A DNA stretch of 64,000 nucleotides. It comes from Laetmonice hystrix (lineage: Eukaryota). Of the stretch, positions 42,896 to 55,469 are shown one piece after another. A model generated the notes under the pieces. That model worked only from the letters and a program-made list of their open reading frames with translations. It ran no database searches and was not told the origin of the DNA. Every line of letters starts with the position of its first letter. Position 1 is the stretch's first letter. Both the position numbers and the translations under genes were made by a program. Where the stretch lies: contig OZ249436.1 of NCBI GenBank assembly GCA_965235115.1, positions 13,640,001 to 13,704,000 on the forward strand. Direction: 5' to 3'.

Positions 42896-42995
42896 AGTTT
42901 GGTTCGTACACTGGTATATATATATATACCTACAAGTTTGGTTCGTACACTGGTATATAATATACATATCAGTTGGGTTCGTACACTGGTATATT
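42896..42995. repeat. Three copies of a 36-39-nt unit (agtttggttcgtacactggtatat...)
   Basis: Direct reading of the sequence. Confidence 0.8.
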
Positions 42996-43399
42996 ATACA
43001 TACCCCTTGGTTCGTGCTACGTTCCACCTCCGGTGGAGCACTGTTAAGTGCGTGCTGATTTTATTTTGTAATGGAATGTCTTGGAAGATGTTGGACGAAT
43101 TATTTATTGATGTCAAATCAATTTTCCTGAAATAAGTATGAGATTGTATTGGGATCTGTATTGGGATCTGTAGGGCTTTCAATGGTTCAGTTGTATCCAG
43201 CTATCCCGGTGTTCTCCGAGACAGAGAGACGTGTAGCAATGGTATTTTTCATATGTGAGATAACAGTAGTATTTAGCTCCTCTTTCTTTTTTCCTATCTC
43301 TCAATATAAAGAAATAAGAAATCTATTCCTACGTTATGGATCAAAAGCTTTGGAACCGTATGGGGTGACCACACCACATGTTTACACAATTATGCGCCT

Positions 43400-44270
43400 A
43401 GGCCGGGCACTGCATGGAGAGGTGTGTCCTAGCCCTGGGCACTGCATGGAGAGGTGTGTCCTAGCCCGGGTACTGCATGGAGAGGTGTGTCCTTGCCCGG
43501 GCACTGCATGGAGAGGTGTGTCCTAGCCCGGGTACTGCATGGAGAGGTGTGTCCTTGCCCGGGCACTGCATGGAGAGGTGTGTCCTAGCCCGGGCCACTG
43601 CATGGAGAGGTGTGTCCTAGCCCGGGCACTGCATGGAGAGGTGTGTCCTAGCCCTGGGCACTGCATGGAGAGGTGTGTCCTAGCCCGGGCACTGCATGGA
43701 GAGGTGTGTCCTTGCCCGGGCACTGCATGGAGAGGTGTGTCCTAGACCTGGGCACTGCATGGAGAGGTGTGTCCTAGCCCGGGCACTGCATGGAGAGGTG
43801 TGTCCTTGCCCGGGCACTGCATGGAGAGGTGTGTCCTAGCCCTGGGCACTGCATGGAGAGGTGTGTCCTAGCCCGGGCCACTGCATGGAGAGGTGTGTCC
43901 TAGCCCGGGGCACTGCATGGAGAAGTGTGTCCTAGCCCTGGGCACTGCATGAAGAGGTGTGTCCTAGCCCTGGGCACTGCATGGAGAGGGGTGTCCTAGC
44001 TCGGGGCACTGCATGGAGAGGTGTGTCCTAGCCCTGGGCACTGCATGGAGAAGTGTGTCCTAGCCATGGGCACTGCATGGAGAGGTGTGTCCTAGCCCGG
44101 GCACTGCATGAAGAGGTGTGTCCTAGCCCTGGGCACTGCATGGAGAGGTGTGTCCTAGCCCTGGGCACTGCATGGAGAGGTGTGTCCTAGCCCTGGGCAC
44201 TGCATGGAGAGGTGTGTCCTAGCCCGGGCACTGCATGGAGAGGTGTGTCCTAGCCCTGGGCACTGCATGG
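43400..44270. repeat. Minisatellite with 31/32-nt unit, about 27 copies
   Basis: Unit gggcactgcatggagaggtgtgtcctagccc(t). Confidence 0.96.
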
Positions 44271-44847
44271 ACAGGGTTGTTGGACGCCCTGTGGTTAACG
44301 CGCCGAATCATTCATCACCACCGCATAAAATCAAAGATTGTTCAGGCGTACTGATGTTTACACTGGCAGCCGCCGTTTTAAATCTGGCCTTATACACGCA
44401 GTCTTGCATATTTGTTCTTGCGGTTAGCATAGCATCTCGAGGAGAGCGCCGATTGGTGGAATTCATTACCCGTGACCTCTGTCCTCAGTGTAGGCGGAGT
44501 TTTTTTTACATCGGTGTAGGCGTTATTATGACATCTCGATGGCGGACCGTGTTATCGCCCTGAAGACACTTGACGCTGTCGGGGACTGGTGGCTGGGGGC
44601 CCGGGGGGGGGGGGGGCGGCGGGGGGCCGGGGGCCCGGGGGGCCGGGGGACCAGGGGGTCGGGGGCCGGTTGGGGGAGGGCAGGCCGGCTGAGGCGACGA
44701 CTAGCCCTCCTGGGTCTTCCTCCCATCGAGTCGTCCTCTCCCTAGACGTGAGCAGATCGATGGTTACTGATGTTTCACTTGTCCGAGAGGCTTACCGCCA
44801 GGATTTAAAAATATCGAAGGAAACACTGATTGATCTCCAGCGCCTTG

Positions 44848-46310
44848 GATGATCGGCGAGTGTTGGTATCAGCACCTCGGTATATGGAAGCTTACGTATA
44901 TATCGATGATCGGCTGGCATGAGCACCTCGGTATATGGAAGCTTACGTATATATCGATGATCGGCGAGGGCTGGGAGCACCTCGGTATATGGAAGCTTAC
45001 GTATATATCGATAATCGGCGAGTGTTGGCATGAGCACCTCGGTATATGGAAGCTTACGTATATATCGATAATCGGCCAGGGCTGGGAGCACCTCGGTATA
45101 TGGAAGCTTACGTATATATCGATGATCGGCTGGCATGAGCACCTCGGTATATGGAAGCTTACGTATATATCGATAATCGGCGAGTGTTGGCATGAGCACC
45201 TCGGTATATGGAAGCTTACGTATATATCGATAATCGGCCAGGGCTGGGAGCACCTCGGTATATGGAAGCTTACGTATATATCGATGATCGGCGAGTGTTG
45301 GCATGAGCACCTCGGTATATGGAAGCTTACGTATATATCGATAATCGGCGAGTGTTGGCATGAGCACCTCGGTATATGGAAGCTTACGTATATATCGATA
45401 ATCGGCCAGGGCTGGGAGCACCTCGGTATATGGAAGCTTACGTATATATCGATGATCGGCTGGCATGAGCACCTCGGTATATGGAAGCTTACGTATATAT
45501 CGATAATCGGCGAGTGTTGGCATGAGCACCTCGGTATATGGAAGCTTACGTATATATCGATAATCGGCCAGGGCTGGGAGCACCTCGGTATATGGAAGCT
45601 TACGTATATATCGATAATCGGCGAGTGTTGGCATGAGCACCTCGGTATATGGAAGCTTACGTATATATCGATAATCGGCCAGGGCTGGGAGCACCTCGGT
45701 ATATGGAAGCTTACGTATATATCGATGATCGGCTGGCATGAGCACCTCGGTATATGGAAGCTTACGTATATATCGATGATCGGCCAGGGCTGGCATGAGC
45801 ACCTCGGTATATGGAAGCTTACGTATATATCGATGATCGGCGAGGGCTGGGAGCACCTCGGTATATGGAAGCTTACGTATATATCGATGATCGACCAGGG
45901 CTGGGAGCACCTCGGTATATGAAAGCTTACGTATATATCGATGATCGGCTGGTATGCGCACCTCGGTATATGGAAGCTTACGTATATATCGATGATCGGC
46001 GAGGGCTGGGAGCACCTCGGTATATGGAAGCTTACGTATATATCGATGATCGGCTGGTATGCGCACCTCGGTATATGGAAGCTTACGTATATATCGATGA
46101 TCGGCGAGGGCTGGGAGCACCTCGGTATATGGAAGCTTACGTATATATCGATGATCGGCGAGGGCTGGGAGCACCTCGGTACATGGAAGCTTACGTATAT
46201 ATCGATGATCGGCGACGGCTGGCCTGAGCACCTCGGTATATGGAAGCTTACGTATATATCGATGATCGGCGAGGGCTGGGAGCACCTCGGTACATGGAAG
46301 CTTACGTATA
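44848..46310. repeat. Minisatellite with 51/54/57-nt unit variants, about 27 copies, open on both strands
   Basis: Core gagcacctcggtatatggaagcttacgtatatatcgat(g/a)atcgg plus a 7-, 10- or 13-nt variable part. It underlies the 554-aa minus-strand ORF and the 357-aa plus-strand ORF. Confidence 0.96.
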
Positions 46311-48897
46311 TAGTTTGTGCCGACCCTCACATTTATATTGACTTCCACACGGAAGTTGTTCAAACATTTATTTTTCAATGACAGCAGCCAAACCACAGGC
46401 TCCGTCCATATGTTACATACACCTTCAACATAAATAGTTTGAGGTATCGGTGACAAAAAACAGAAGCTCTATCTTTTAGAAGGAGTAAATCGTAGTTTGG
46501 AGGTTGAGATCAACTTATATAAGAATACATAGCATACAGTTTGCCAGAACCATGTGCCTTTATCTCTGACCGGATTAAACACGGAACACTCAGTGCGAAC
46601 ACCGCCATACAAAGGGATCGGAGACAAGTAGACATTTACTAAACCCAGTCCTTCCCACGCCAACTAGGCAGTTTGAGAAAACACCACAATTGATTCCAGG
46701 CCAAAGCTTCCTGGCTATGATGAAACAAACACAGCAAGAATGCAGGAAGATCGATAAGTAGACAGAAAGATCAATAGGTAGATGTTCTAACCTAATATGT
46801 ATTTTACATGAACGCTGTTGAGCAAACATTACCTCGTTATAATAGAGGTATATGTCAACATTACAGTCCCGGCAAAGCAAGACTACCGCCCCCGCCAGAA
46901 TGTAGAACCTTGCAGTTACCCAGATCAAGGAACTCCACCAGTTTTCTCCCCCTTAATTTCCCGGGGCCTTGTAAAACTCTGGACTTTATTATCGCTGTCC
47001 TTGTTGACCGCTGTATGAACCCTGTGACAGTCTTACACAAAGCTTGCCAGCTGGCAATCCATAACACTATGGCCTTCCTTTTTTTATTCATCTCAATTTG
47101 TAACATATTAGAACGCCTTTAAGCACTACAATATCTCTCTAAAATCAGCATCAGTTAAAGTATGGTTAAAATCCAGACACGATCGACATCCTTCGATGGA
47201 GGAATCAATTTAAGTACCCCTGTATCAGCAGCAAGGTCTGACAATTCCCATCGTTAAGGAACACCGCCCCCCGCCATCCGCTTCCCCCATCGCCATCTCC
47301 TACAAAACATGACTCTGGATACTTCAGACCTCACCCAGCTCATTTCCGCCCCAGGAGTTGAATTCTCACCAATCGGTGAAGGATTAAAGGGACAATGTAA
47401 CGTGAAACAACGGGACTTCCACCACTTGTCCCCGACTGACATCAAGTTAATAGGATTTCCAATGAAAGGGAGCGAGAGGAAAACAAGAGCTAGGGTAGGA
47501 TTGGGACTTGGCTGTTTGCTTGCCTCCTTGACCTTAGTTGACCATTGTTTCTCCGTATCCCCGAGCTGATGACACTTCAACTTAATCCGTGCCCGTCGAC
47601 CGGGCCACAGATTGAGGCTTGTGCCAGCTATACTTGATCCCTGGCCTTGATGGTAGCACGGACTACGTGCCATCTCCATCTCGCCTACTGGCTGTGATTG
47701 GGGGAAATGTTTGCTAATTTAGCAAGACATGCTGGAAGGGCTGGGTTCGTGTATTACTATAGCCACGGTCTTCGTTAGCTCGAGGTGGAGGACAGTGTGT
47801 ATTTCTCACATCATCCGGAGTCGTTAATGAAGACGGCATTAGCGGGGTGGATGACAGGAGACCTTGTACCAGTAGTATCCAATAAACGAGGGTTAAAGTT
47901 TGGTTGCTGACACGAACGGCCTCTCAGGTTAGAAATTAAAAGTAGATCTCTCAGGTTAGAAAATTAAAAGTATAGATCTATGATAGTAAGTTTTTTAATG
48001 TATGTATCTCTAAAGCATACTGATCGAATTTAGCATAGGCCTAGGCCTAATACAATTTTAACGCATACAATCTCCCCGCTAACACATAAAATAAGATGAG
48101 GTATTCAAGAGATTGCTGGCTGATTTTGTGTGATTCTGGAAGGAATCAATAGTGACCTGTCAACCCGCCCCGAAGTCACCACTTCAATTAACTACACAGT
48201 AGGAATATGTGTACAGGTGTTTTAGGAGTTTGACCTTCCCACCACATGCACCTGTCAAAACATGACAGAATGTTCGCTTTGGGAACTTCATTAAGAGCCA
48301 TGGGCCTGGCGAACTAAGCTAAACATGTCGGCGCCAGGCAATTGTTCTCAATAATGGTTTTCTGAGGAGAGTATCCCCCACACATAATACCACCGAGTGT
48401 TGAGAGATCTAATACTCAGATAATGGGGTTCATTCTTGGGTATGTGTTTACTGACAACATGTCAAGTTGCCGGACCATAAATTGATCCCATCATGCTATC
48501 ATGAACACGGTGGCGGCCTTCAGACGGCCGGACAGGGTAATAACTGTATTTACCTAACCTAATTACCGCTCTAATTGCCATGGGCTTGCCATTTTCTTCA
48601 GTCAATAATTCTCTGTGTATACGTCAGGAACCAAATTGTCTATAGCGTTCTGTGCAGCTTGGATTAATCATAAGGGGGTTAGCAAACGCACTCAGTAACT
48701 TCCTATGACGACCTCTGTGCTTTAGGGGCCGTGTGTGGGCATAGAGTAGAAATTAGCGTGTTTTGATACATATTCGTTTCATATTTGAACTTACGGATAA
48801 TTTAATGGAGGCCACCCAAGTTGAGACCCTATCCAAACTCATACATCCTTAAATATCATAGATTCCTTCCTCCAGCGTTTTGGAATGAGAGCCACAG

Positions 48898-48920
48898 GGA
48901 GGGAGGGAGGGAGGGAGGGA

Positions 48921-48956
<36 letters not shown>
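48898..48956. repeat. (GGGA)n/(GA)n microsatellite
   Basis: Direct reading of the sequence. Confidence 0.9.
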
Positions 48957-48959
<3 letters not shown>

Positions 48960-50051
48960 GGAGTGAATATAGGGCGATGGTCATGAGGTTGGAGGTTTGA
49001 GAGATATTTGAAGATATTAAAACGTTGCTTTGGCCCCAGATGGTTTTGGTTTCAGACTGGGGGGGGGGGGGGGTCGCCATTTTCCTCACAGTCCGTCTCA
49101 TACAAAAGATAGAAGGAATCACGTCTGAACAGATACTTTGCTATTACAGGTATCTAAAATGGTCGTTCCTCTTGAGTGTGTGACCCATATGTCGGCGTCT
49201 ACTTCACACAAGTTAGGGCAGGCGACCGGCGGATTGCAGCCGTGTGTCGGTGATAAACATTTATGTTTAGCGAACAGATACATGTTGCTGGTTCAGGTTG
49301 CGCCGCACACGTTGCGATGTTAGCATCGATGTCGGTGTCTCGGACACATGCATGTCACCTGAGAGGCATACACGTGGCCAAGTATCCGTATTGCCCGTAC
49401 GTTATCTCTCTATAGGTCTATTTTAATGTGTCTGTGTTTTCCTTCAAACCGCTGCTGAAACTATTTTACTCCGGGCGGCTCGGTTCAGCCATGATGGCAG
49501 ACATCCGGCGTTAGGCATCACCTAGTATAGTTGTCAAAGAACGGAGGGGTGTTTATCTTTCTATTGCTCCATCCGTACGGGGGAGTTTAAGAGGGTTAGA
49601 CGTCCCTGTGGGTTTTATAACAGACCCCACGATCCTTCCAACCAACTACAGGTTGCCTTTGTTGCGAACAATATCCCCCCTTGGCCTGGCATGTAGTAAC
49701 ACCTGCCGTTTTGAAAGCTGGAACCGCTCCAACAGGCAGATCGAGTAGGGAGAGATTATTGACTACAAAGAGGGGCTCGAAGTGAACAGGGCCCATCGGT
49801 ATACTATCAACAGGTCCAGAGTTAAAGGGAATATAAAAGTTTAAACTATCAATATAAGGGTGTTCAGCATGAATAAGCTTGTTCTTACCTACAATTCTGT
49901 GATTATCTGATCTGTAATAAAGGAATAATCAACCGAAATGTAGAGACATTTGTTCAAAGGTACGTTAGTGAGGAACTTTTGCTGTAGGTTTAAGTTACAG
50001 TTATCAACCTAACATGTGACACCTGAAAATCGTCAAAATCTGGGAATCCAA

Positions 50052-50130
50052 TCAAGCAAGCAATCAATCAAGCAGTCAGTCAGGCAGTCAGTCAGGCTGT
50101 CAGTCAGTCAGTCAGGCAGTCAGGCAGTCA
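50052..50130. repeat. Degenerate (CAAT/CAGT/CAGG)n tetranucleotide repeat
   Basis: Direct reading of the sequence. Confidence 0.8.
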
Positions 50131-51164
50131 AATTTTACCAACGTTTCCCGATGATGCAGAAGTTTAAAAAGTATAAGACCTCGCTATTGCGTCTCACATG
50201 CGTAATGACGCCAGCGGCAAAGGACTGGAACGGCAGATTGAATAAAATAACATAAAGCAAAAGTCAGTTTTTAAGAAATAAAAATTGTTTTTCGTCATGC
50301 GCTTATAGAAAGTCACCAGAAGAGATATTGGCCCATTCGGCCTCGTTATCGGCATCTAAACAATTCCGACATCCCGACGGAACCGATAAAAAGATGAACG
50401 TCATCGAGATAAACTAAGTTTATAGACACATGATCACGCATAAGAGACTATTCCATGACAGACGACAAACCTGGGACGGCCGGTATAGACGGGCAGGACG
50501 TGAAGAACGTCTAGTGACTGGGCCAGGACGTGGCATGACTCAGTGCCAGTGTCCTTGGTCTGCTTCTATCGAGACACGATGACCTGCTCGTTAATTGGTG
50601 AGGTGGTTCCATTAAACGTGGCGCTGACCTCGCCTCCAAATACCCCCCCCCCCCCCCGTGGCTCACATTGAATCCTCCCCCATCTCCCTGCAAAGATCGT
50701 ACTCTCAGAAGTCGAACACTTTCTCATTTCCGGTGTGCTCGACGATGCCTCTGGCAGCCAAGCGTTACACATATAATACCAGCCATGCGGAATTTGGCAT
50801 CTCGGGGGTGGTATTGATCTACGGAGAGGGTGGCGAGAAAAAAATGGTATGACTACACGATACCAAACTGTATATGTGTTTTTCTGTGAGTGTGATAGAA
50901 ATATTTATGATGATGACGCTAAGGTAAAAAAAAGTTCCTGGTTCCTGGTATAATAAACATTTCAAAAGTGGCGTGGAGACGCGGGGGGGGGGGGGTTAAA
51001 TAATGTTTGTGGTGACAGCTGGCTAAAATAGTAAGCCTCACAAGAATTATCATGTAAAATGAACCCATAAACAAGGATCACGACCTTGGCTGTCATCGCT
51101 TTGAATAAAACACACTCCAGTTGCAATGAAATATCCATTACAACAATGCTTAGTTTCAAGCCTT

Positions 51165-51182
51165 ACCGCTAGGTGGCAGCAC
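51165..51182 (+). promoter_or_regulatory. CTCF-like motif (ACCGCTAGGTGGCAGCAC)
   Basis: Close match to the CTCF core CCASYAGRKGGCRSY. Motif match only. Confidence 0.4.
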
Positions 51183-54100
51183 AATTCACACATTCATGCA
51201 AGGTGAGGGCGGTGAGGGCAAGAATAAAAGCACTGATGCGCTGCTTCTGAAGTGACGCGCGCACACCAGAAACCAGGAATTAATTTTTGTGGGCCTTAAA
51301 CAGTATATAATTTTGAAGAAAGCGAAAAACGGCTAGTAATGTACATGTATGTGCCGTTCATACCGTATATTTGGTTACTCTATTTGCTGCAATAAGTTAC
51401 TGCTATATGTGATGAATCGTTCAATTTTAAGAGCATGAAACACTCTTTTAAAAAACTGTAACATCAACCACTTACAACCTGTTCCCGTTGTTGGGGAAAT
51501 AGTCCCGCGGGCCACCTGAACACGTTCTTAATGAAGGCGATAATCTTAATCAACTATTTGAAATACCAGAATTCACACCATATTTAACAACATTCACCCT
51601 TCTGTGAAGAACCCGATCATAAACTCGACATTTGAAAGGTACAAACATCACGCGAATTAGAAGTTTGATTTCCATAGAGACGCATGCCTCCTATAAACTT
51701 CCCAAAGTCTTCAAGATGAGAACCTTGATTAACAGCACAGAGTCACTGTATCGAACAGTCTGTGTCTAAAAACCTGTCACAGTGTTGGGCGTTCGAGCGG
51801 CCACCCTATGATATGCGGTTGACCCTAAGTCATTCATAACGTAAGGACGCACACGTCCTTGGCTGACTCCCTCTGACAGGGCAAACAGGGAGAGCACTCA
51901 CGTGGAAAACCACTCCCTTTGTGCTGTATTGCGCTCCGTGCTAAGGCGAAAAAGAAGAGGGCGTGAATATTGCTTCTGCTGGCAGTAGAGGGCTAGGTTT
52001 GATTGAAACGGCGTCCCTTTCCCCTGTAACCTTATTGTCTCATTATCTGCAGGCCTCTGATGGCAACTTATAACTTACTACTGTGTCTTCTTTAATTACA
52101 AGCTCGGTGAGCTATAGGCGCATGGATGACGCAGGTGGCAGGCTGGAGTGACCCACAACAGGTGTTCATGTCATGTGATGGGGGGGGGGACACTTATGGA
52201 AACACTTATATTAACGCCATTATTCCGATCAATTTAAGTTTGCTTTATGTAGAAAAAAATAGTAATAAAGAAATGTAGACATGTAAAATTGAAAGTTCCA
52301 CAACGCCTTTTAATATTTTCATTCATTCGGCGTTCGTATGCAATAAATATTTTTGTAAGTAGGTCTAGTAGTTAAAGGGATCTATTGCACCCTGAGCCTC
52401 CGATATAAAGTTATGATGGCGATGATCCCAGGGATGGATGCCGTCAGCATGCTGGCCAAAATGAAAACACATGCATAATCTACAATATACATATGCTCAA
52501 ATTATAGGTATCTTTATGTACGTCTCCCTTGCGTTTGCAATTAGCCGACGTTGTTTGAATAGCAGTGGAAGTTGGGCGAGAGCAGAAATCTTTACCCTGC
52601 CGTGGGGTCCTATCTAGATGTATTTCACTACGACTGCTGCGTCCCATTGATCGCGCGTGTGAAGTTTCCGCTCGACCCGGCTTTCTGAGTGGGTTAGCGC
52701 CGACCTACTGAAGAGATGGATACTGACATCTGCTGTCCCATCGCCGCCCACTATCAGTCCTAGAAACAGGCCAGCCACCTTCGACCAGGCTACAAACGAT
52801 CCGTTAGCCTTCTATTTGTTTTGGCCTGATCACTTGCATTAGAGGCGTTGAAATTTAAGAATCTACAGTTGGCCACTGTGTGGTTGACCGGTTGGGCTCG
52901 TGGAACGTTAAATGGCGAGTTTCTCGTAAAGATGAGAGTCCCTGCAGTCCTTGCACGGATGCTTCGCTTTAGATCGAGTGTTTTAAATGGGATAGGAGGT
53001 GGAATATAAACAAGTCCGTCTACTTATAAACTAACAATCTGGAAAAAAACCCACTGTTATTTACAAGGCGGGCGTGGGGGGGGGGGGAGAAATACTGAAG
53101 AGCGACCTTTTTTTATAAAGCAACTTCCGAGTGCCTTAAGGGTGGTATTTTATAATCTATACATGGCCGAGGGGTTGGAGGACACGTGGCACGAGTCCCT
53201 GCCAGACTCGACCATCCATGTGGTGTTAATGGTCGACATGCTTGGCAAGCAACATCTGTCATTCTTTGTTCTGAAGATCAATGAATCGGTTCTTTTTTTG
53301 TGGTCGATGTTTTCAGTTCATATATATTATATGAAACCCTGGCACTGGATGTAGGTAAATCGATTTAGTATATATAGATTTACCGCAGTCTTCAGCTGAC
53401 AAAAATAAGTACAAAAATAAATATACAAATCTAAGACAGAACAGACGAAAGACGAGCTACTGCAAGGATAAAATAGGGAAGCAAATAGAAGAAAAAATCG
53501 AATAAGGAAAATGCATTAAAGCAGCAAGCACTTAGATATGACACGTTGGGAGGAGGAACGGCATTTGAGGAGACTAAAAGCAATCACGTTGTGGAGGCGT
53601 GGTATCAATGTGGCCCCTTGCTTGGCGTGCATTTTGCCGCCTTCTCTTCTATGTCATTAGTGACTGATAACATGGAGCGTTAGCATGCCACATTTCAATG
53701 TGAATACCGGCCATTAAGGTGTAAACGTATTTAAGGCATAGAGGAGTATAAGATATATGGATAAAGCGCTGACATGCAAGGGAGGGGTCTATTACCTTAT
53801 GTCATTTGTCTGACGATGAAATATTCATAGTTTACATATTTGTAATGATGACAGTGTCTGACAATGGTAATATGGATGTTCAATCAGTTGAAATTCGTGT
53901 TTAGTGAAAAGCCCTGATACATTGTTCAACTCCCACCGCTCAGTCAGTCAAATGTCGGACCAGGGAATGAATGCATTGAAGAAACAAGAAGAGTAAGACA
54001 AAATGGAAGACGAATAAAACTTTACCGGGGACAAAGGAAATGCCATCAATGAATAATCATCGAGATTGGAACTCTATAATAAACGTAGCGAGTGATCAGC

Positions 54101-54754
54101 TCTCCATCAAACCAAAGTGGTATAGGAAAAACGGAGAGGTATAGGATCGGAAATCTTATACACACCCTTTTACCTGCCACATATTCAAAGTGTATGTACG
54201 ATGGTATCTTTTTGTCTGGTGTTGACTTAGATGTCTCCTATAGACGCCTGCAGGTGATGTAGGAGTTTGGCTGAGAAACGGTTGACAGGCTCGCTGAGGA
54301 TAATCACCCCTTTCATGACACTTTATCCACTGCCCTTTTTGGCTAACGGTTTCTTACCTGACGAACTGCTTGCTCAAATAGCAGCTTTACTGTCAACTCT
54401 GTCAATGGCTTCTTCGTGTAAATAGCAAGCTTACATGTACTGACCCTCCTAATGGAGAAGTAATATCATGAATCTGGCAAAGAAGCTGGCGTCTAAATTG
54501 GCCAACTAATGGCAGTGGAAGGTATTCTCTGGAACCATTTAGGATATTTCTACCGGACTGTGCGCCATTTTCAGATGGTTTGCGACCTACTAAAGATGGC
54601 ATATATAACGAGTCCTCCCCTCGTTCTTCTCGATTACACAAGGGAATAATTATTAAATCAATCGTAAGAGTTTTCAAATAATAGGGGAATAAGATAAGTT
54701 TTCGTCATACACATGATGTATGATTGAACTTCAGCTGTTGATCGTTGTAGGCGT

Positions 54755-54845
54755 TCCATGGGCCCCGAAACTGTGCATGTATCTTAATATGGTGGGCCCC
54801 GAAACTATGTGCATGTATCTAAATATGGTGGGCCCCGAAACATAG
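54755..54845. repeat. About 2.5 copies of a roughly 35-nt unit (atggtgggccccgaaactatgtgcatgtatct..)
   Basis: Direct reading of the sequence. Confidence 0.8.
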
Positions 54846-55152
54846 ATGAGACCAGTGAATCTAAGGTATAACCTCGTAATTATTACCTTGAAACATTCAA
54901 TAACCTTGTCCATGCATATAAACTCCTGATTGGTCGTATTTTATTTATGTTGTATTTCACCATTTATAGTATTTCTTCTTAGTTTCCAGTGATACTTGTT
55001 TTAAATAGCTGAGACACACAAGGTTAGCCTATTACGTTATATCGGGCGGTCTTCAAATAATCGGCATGCTTCTGTACCCAGCCAGATAGAACCCCACGAT
55101 CCTTAAAGTATATAATTCAGCAAAATGTTAGAAACAAGAATAAGATGTTCCC

Positions 55153-55469
55153 GATACGAGCTGAACAGGCAGTGGTAAGCTCAGCTAGATACGAGCTGAA
55201 CAGGCAGTGGTAAGCTCAGCTAGATACGAGCTGAACAGGCAGTGGTAAGCTCAGCTAGATACGAGCTGAACAGGCAGTGGTAAGCTCAGCTAGATACGAG
55301 CTGAACAGGCAGTGGTAAGCTCAGCTAGATACGAGCTGAACAGGCAGTGGTAACCTCAGCTATAGATACGAGCTGAACAGGCAGTGGTAACCTCAGCTGG
55401 TACGAGCTGAACAGGCAGTGCTAAGCTCAGCTAGATACGAGCTGAACAGGCAGTGGTAACCTCAGCTAG
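55153..55469. repeat. Minisatellite with 35-nt unit, 9 copies, each with an internal inverted repeat (agctga...tcagct)
   Basis: Unit gatacgagctgaacaggcagtggtaagctcagcta. Confidence 0.95.

Noticed and set aside
51843-51892. Adjacent hairpins (aaggacg-caca-cgtcctt; ctccct...agggag) suggesting a ribozyme or ncRNA
   Set aside because: There is no hammerhead core (CUGANGA...GAAA) or other recognisable motif. The CTGANGA sites I checked elsewhere in the window also lacked a matching stem II and GAAA.
53142-53354. Candidate alternative first exon closer to exon 2
   Set aside because: It is not signal-peptide-like and has no canonical phase-1 GT donor. The 15258-15330 exon fits much better.
55153-55469. 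Short palindromic 35-nt direct repeats resembling a CRISPR array (the other arrays were also considered)
   Set aside because: The units are head-to-tail with no unique spacers, there are no cas genes, and the context is a eukaryotic intron.
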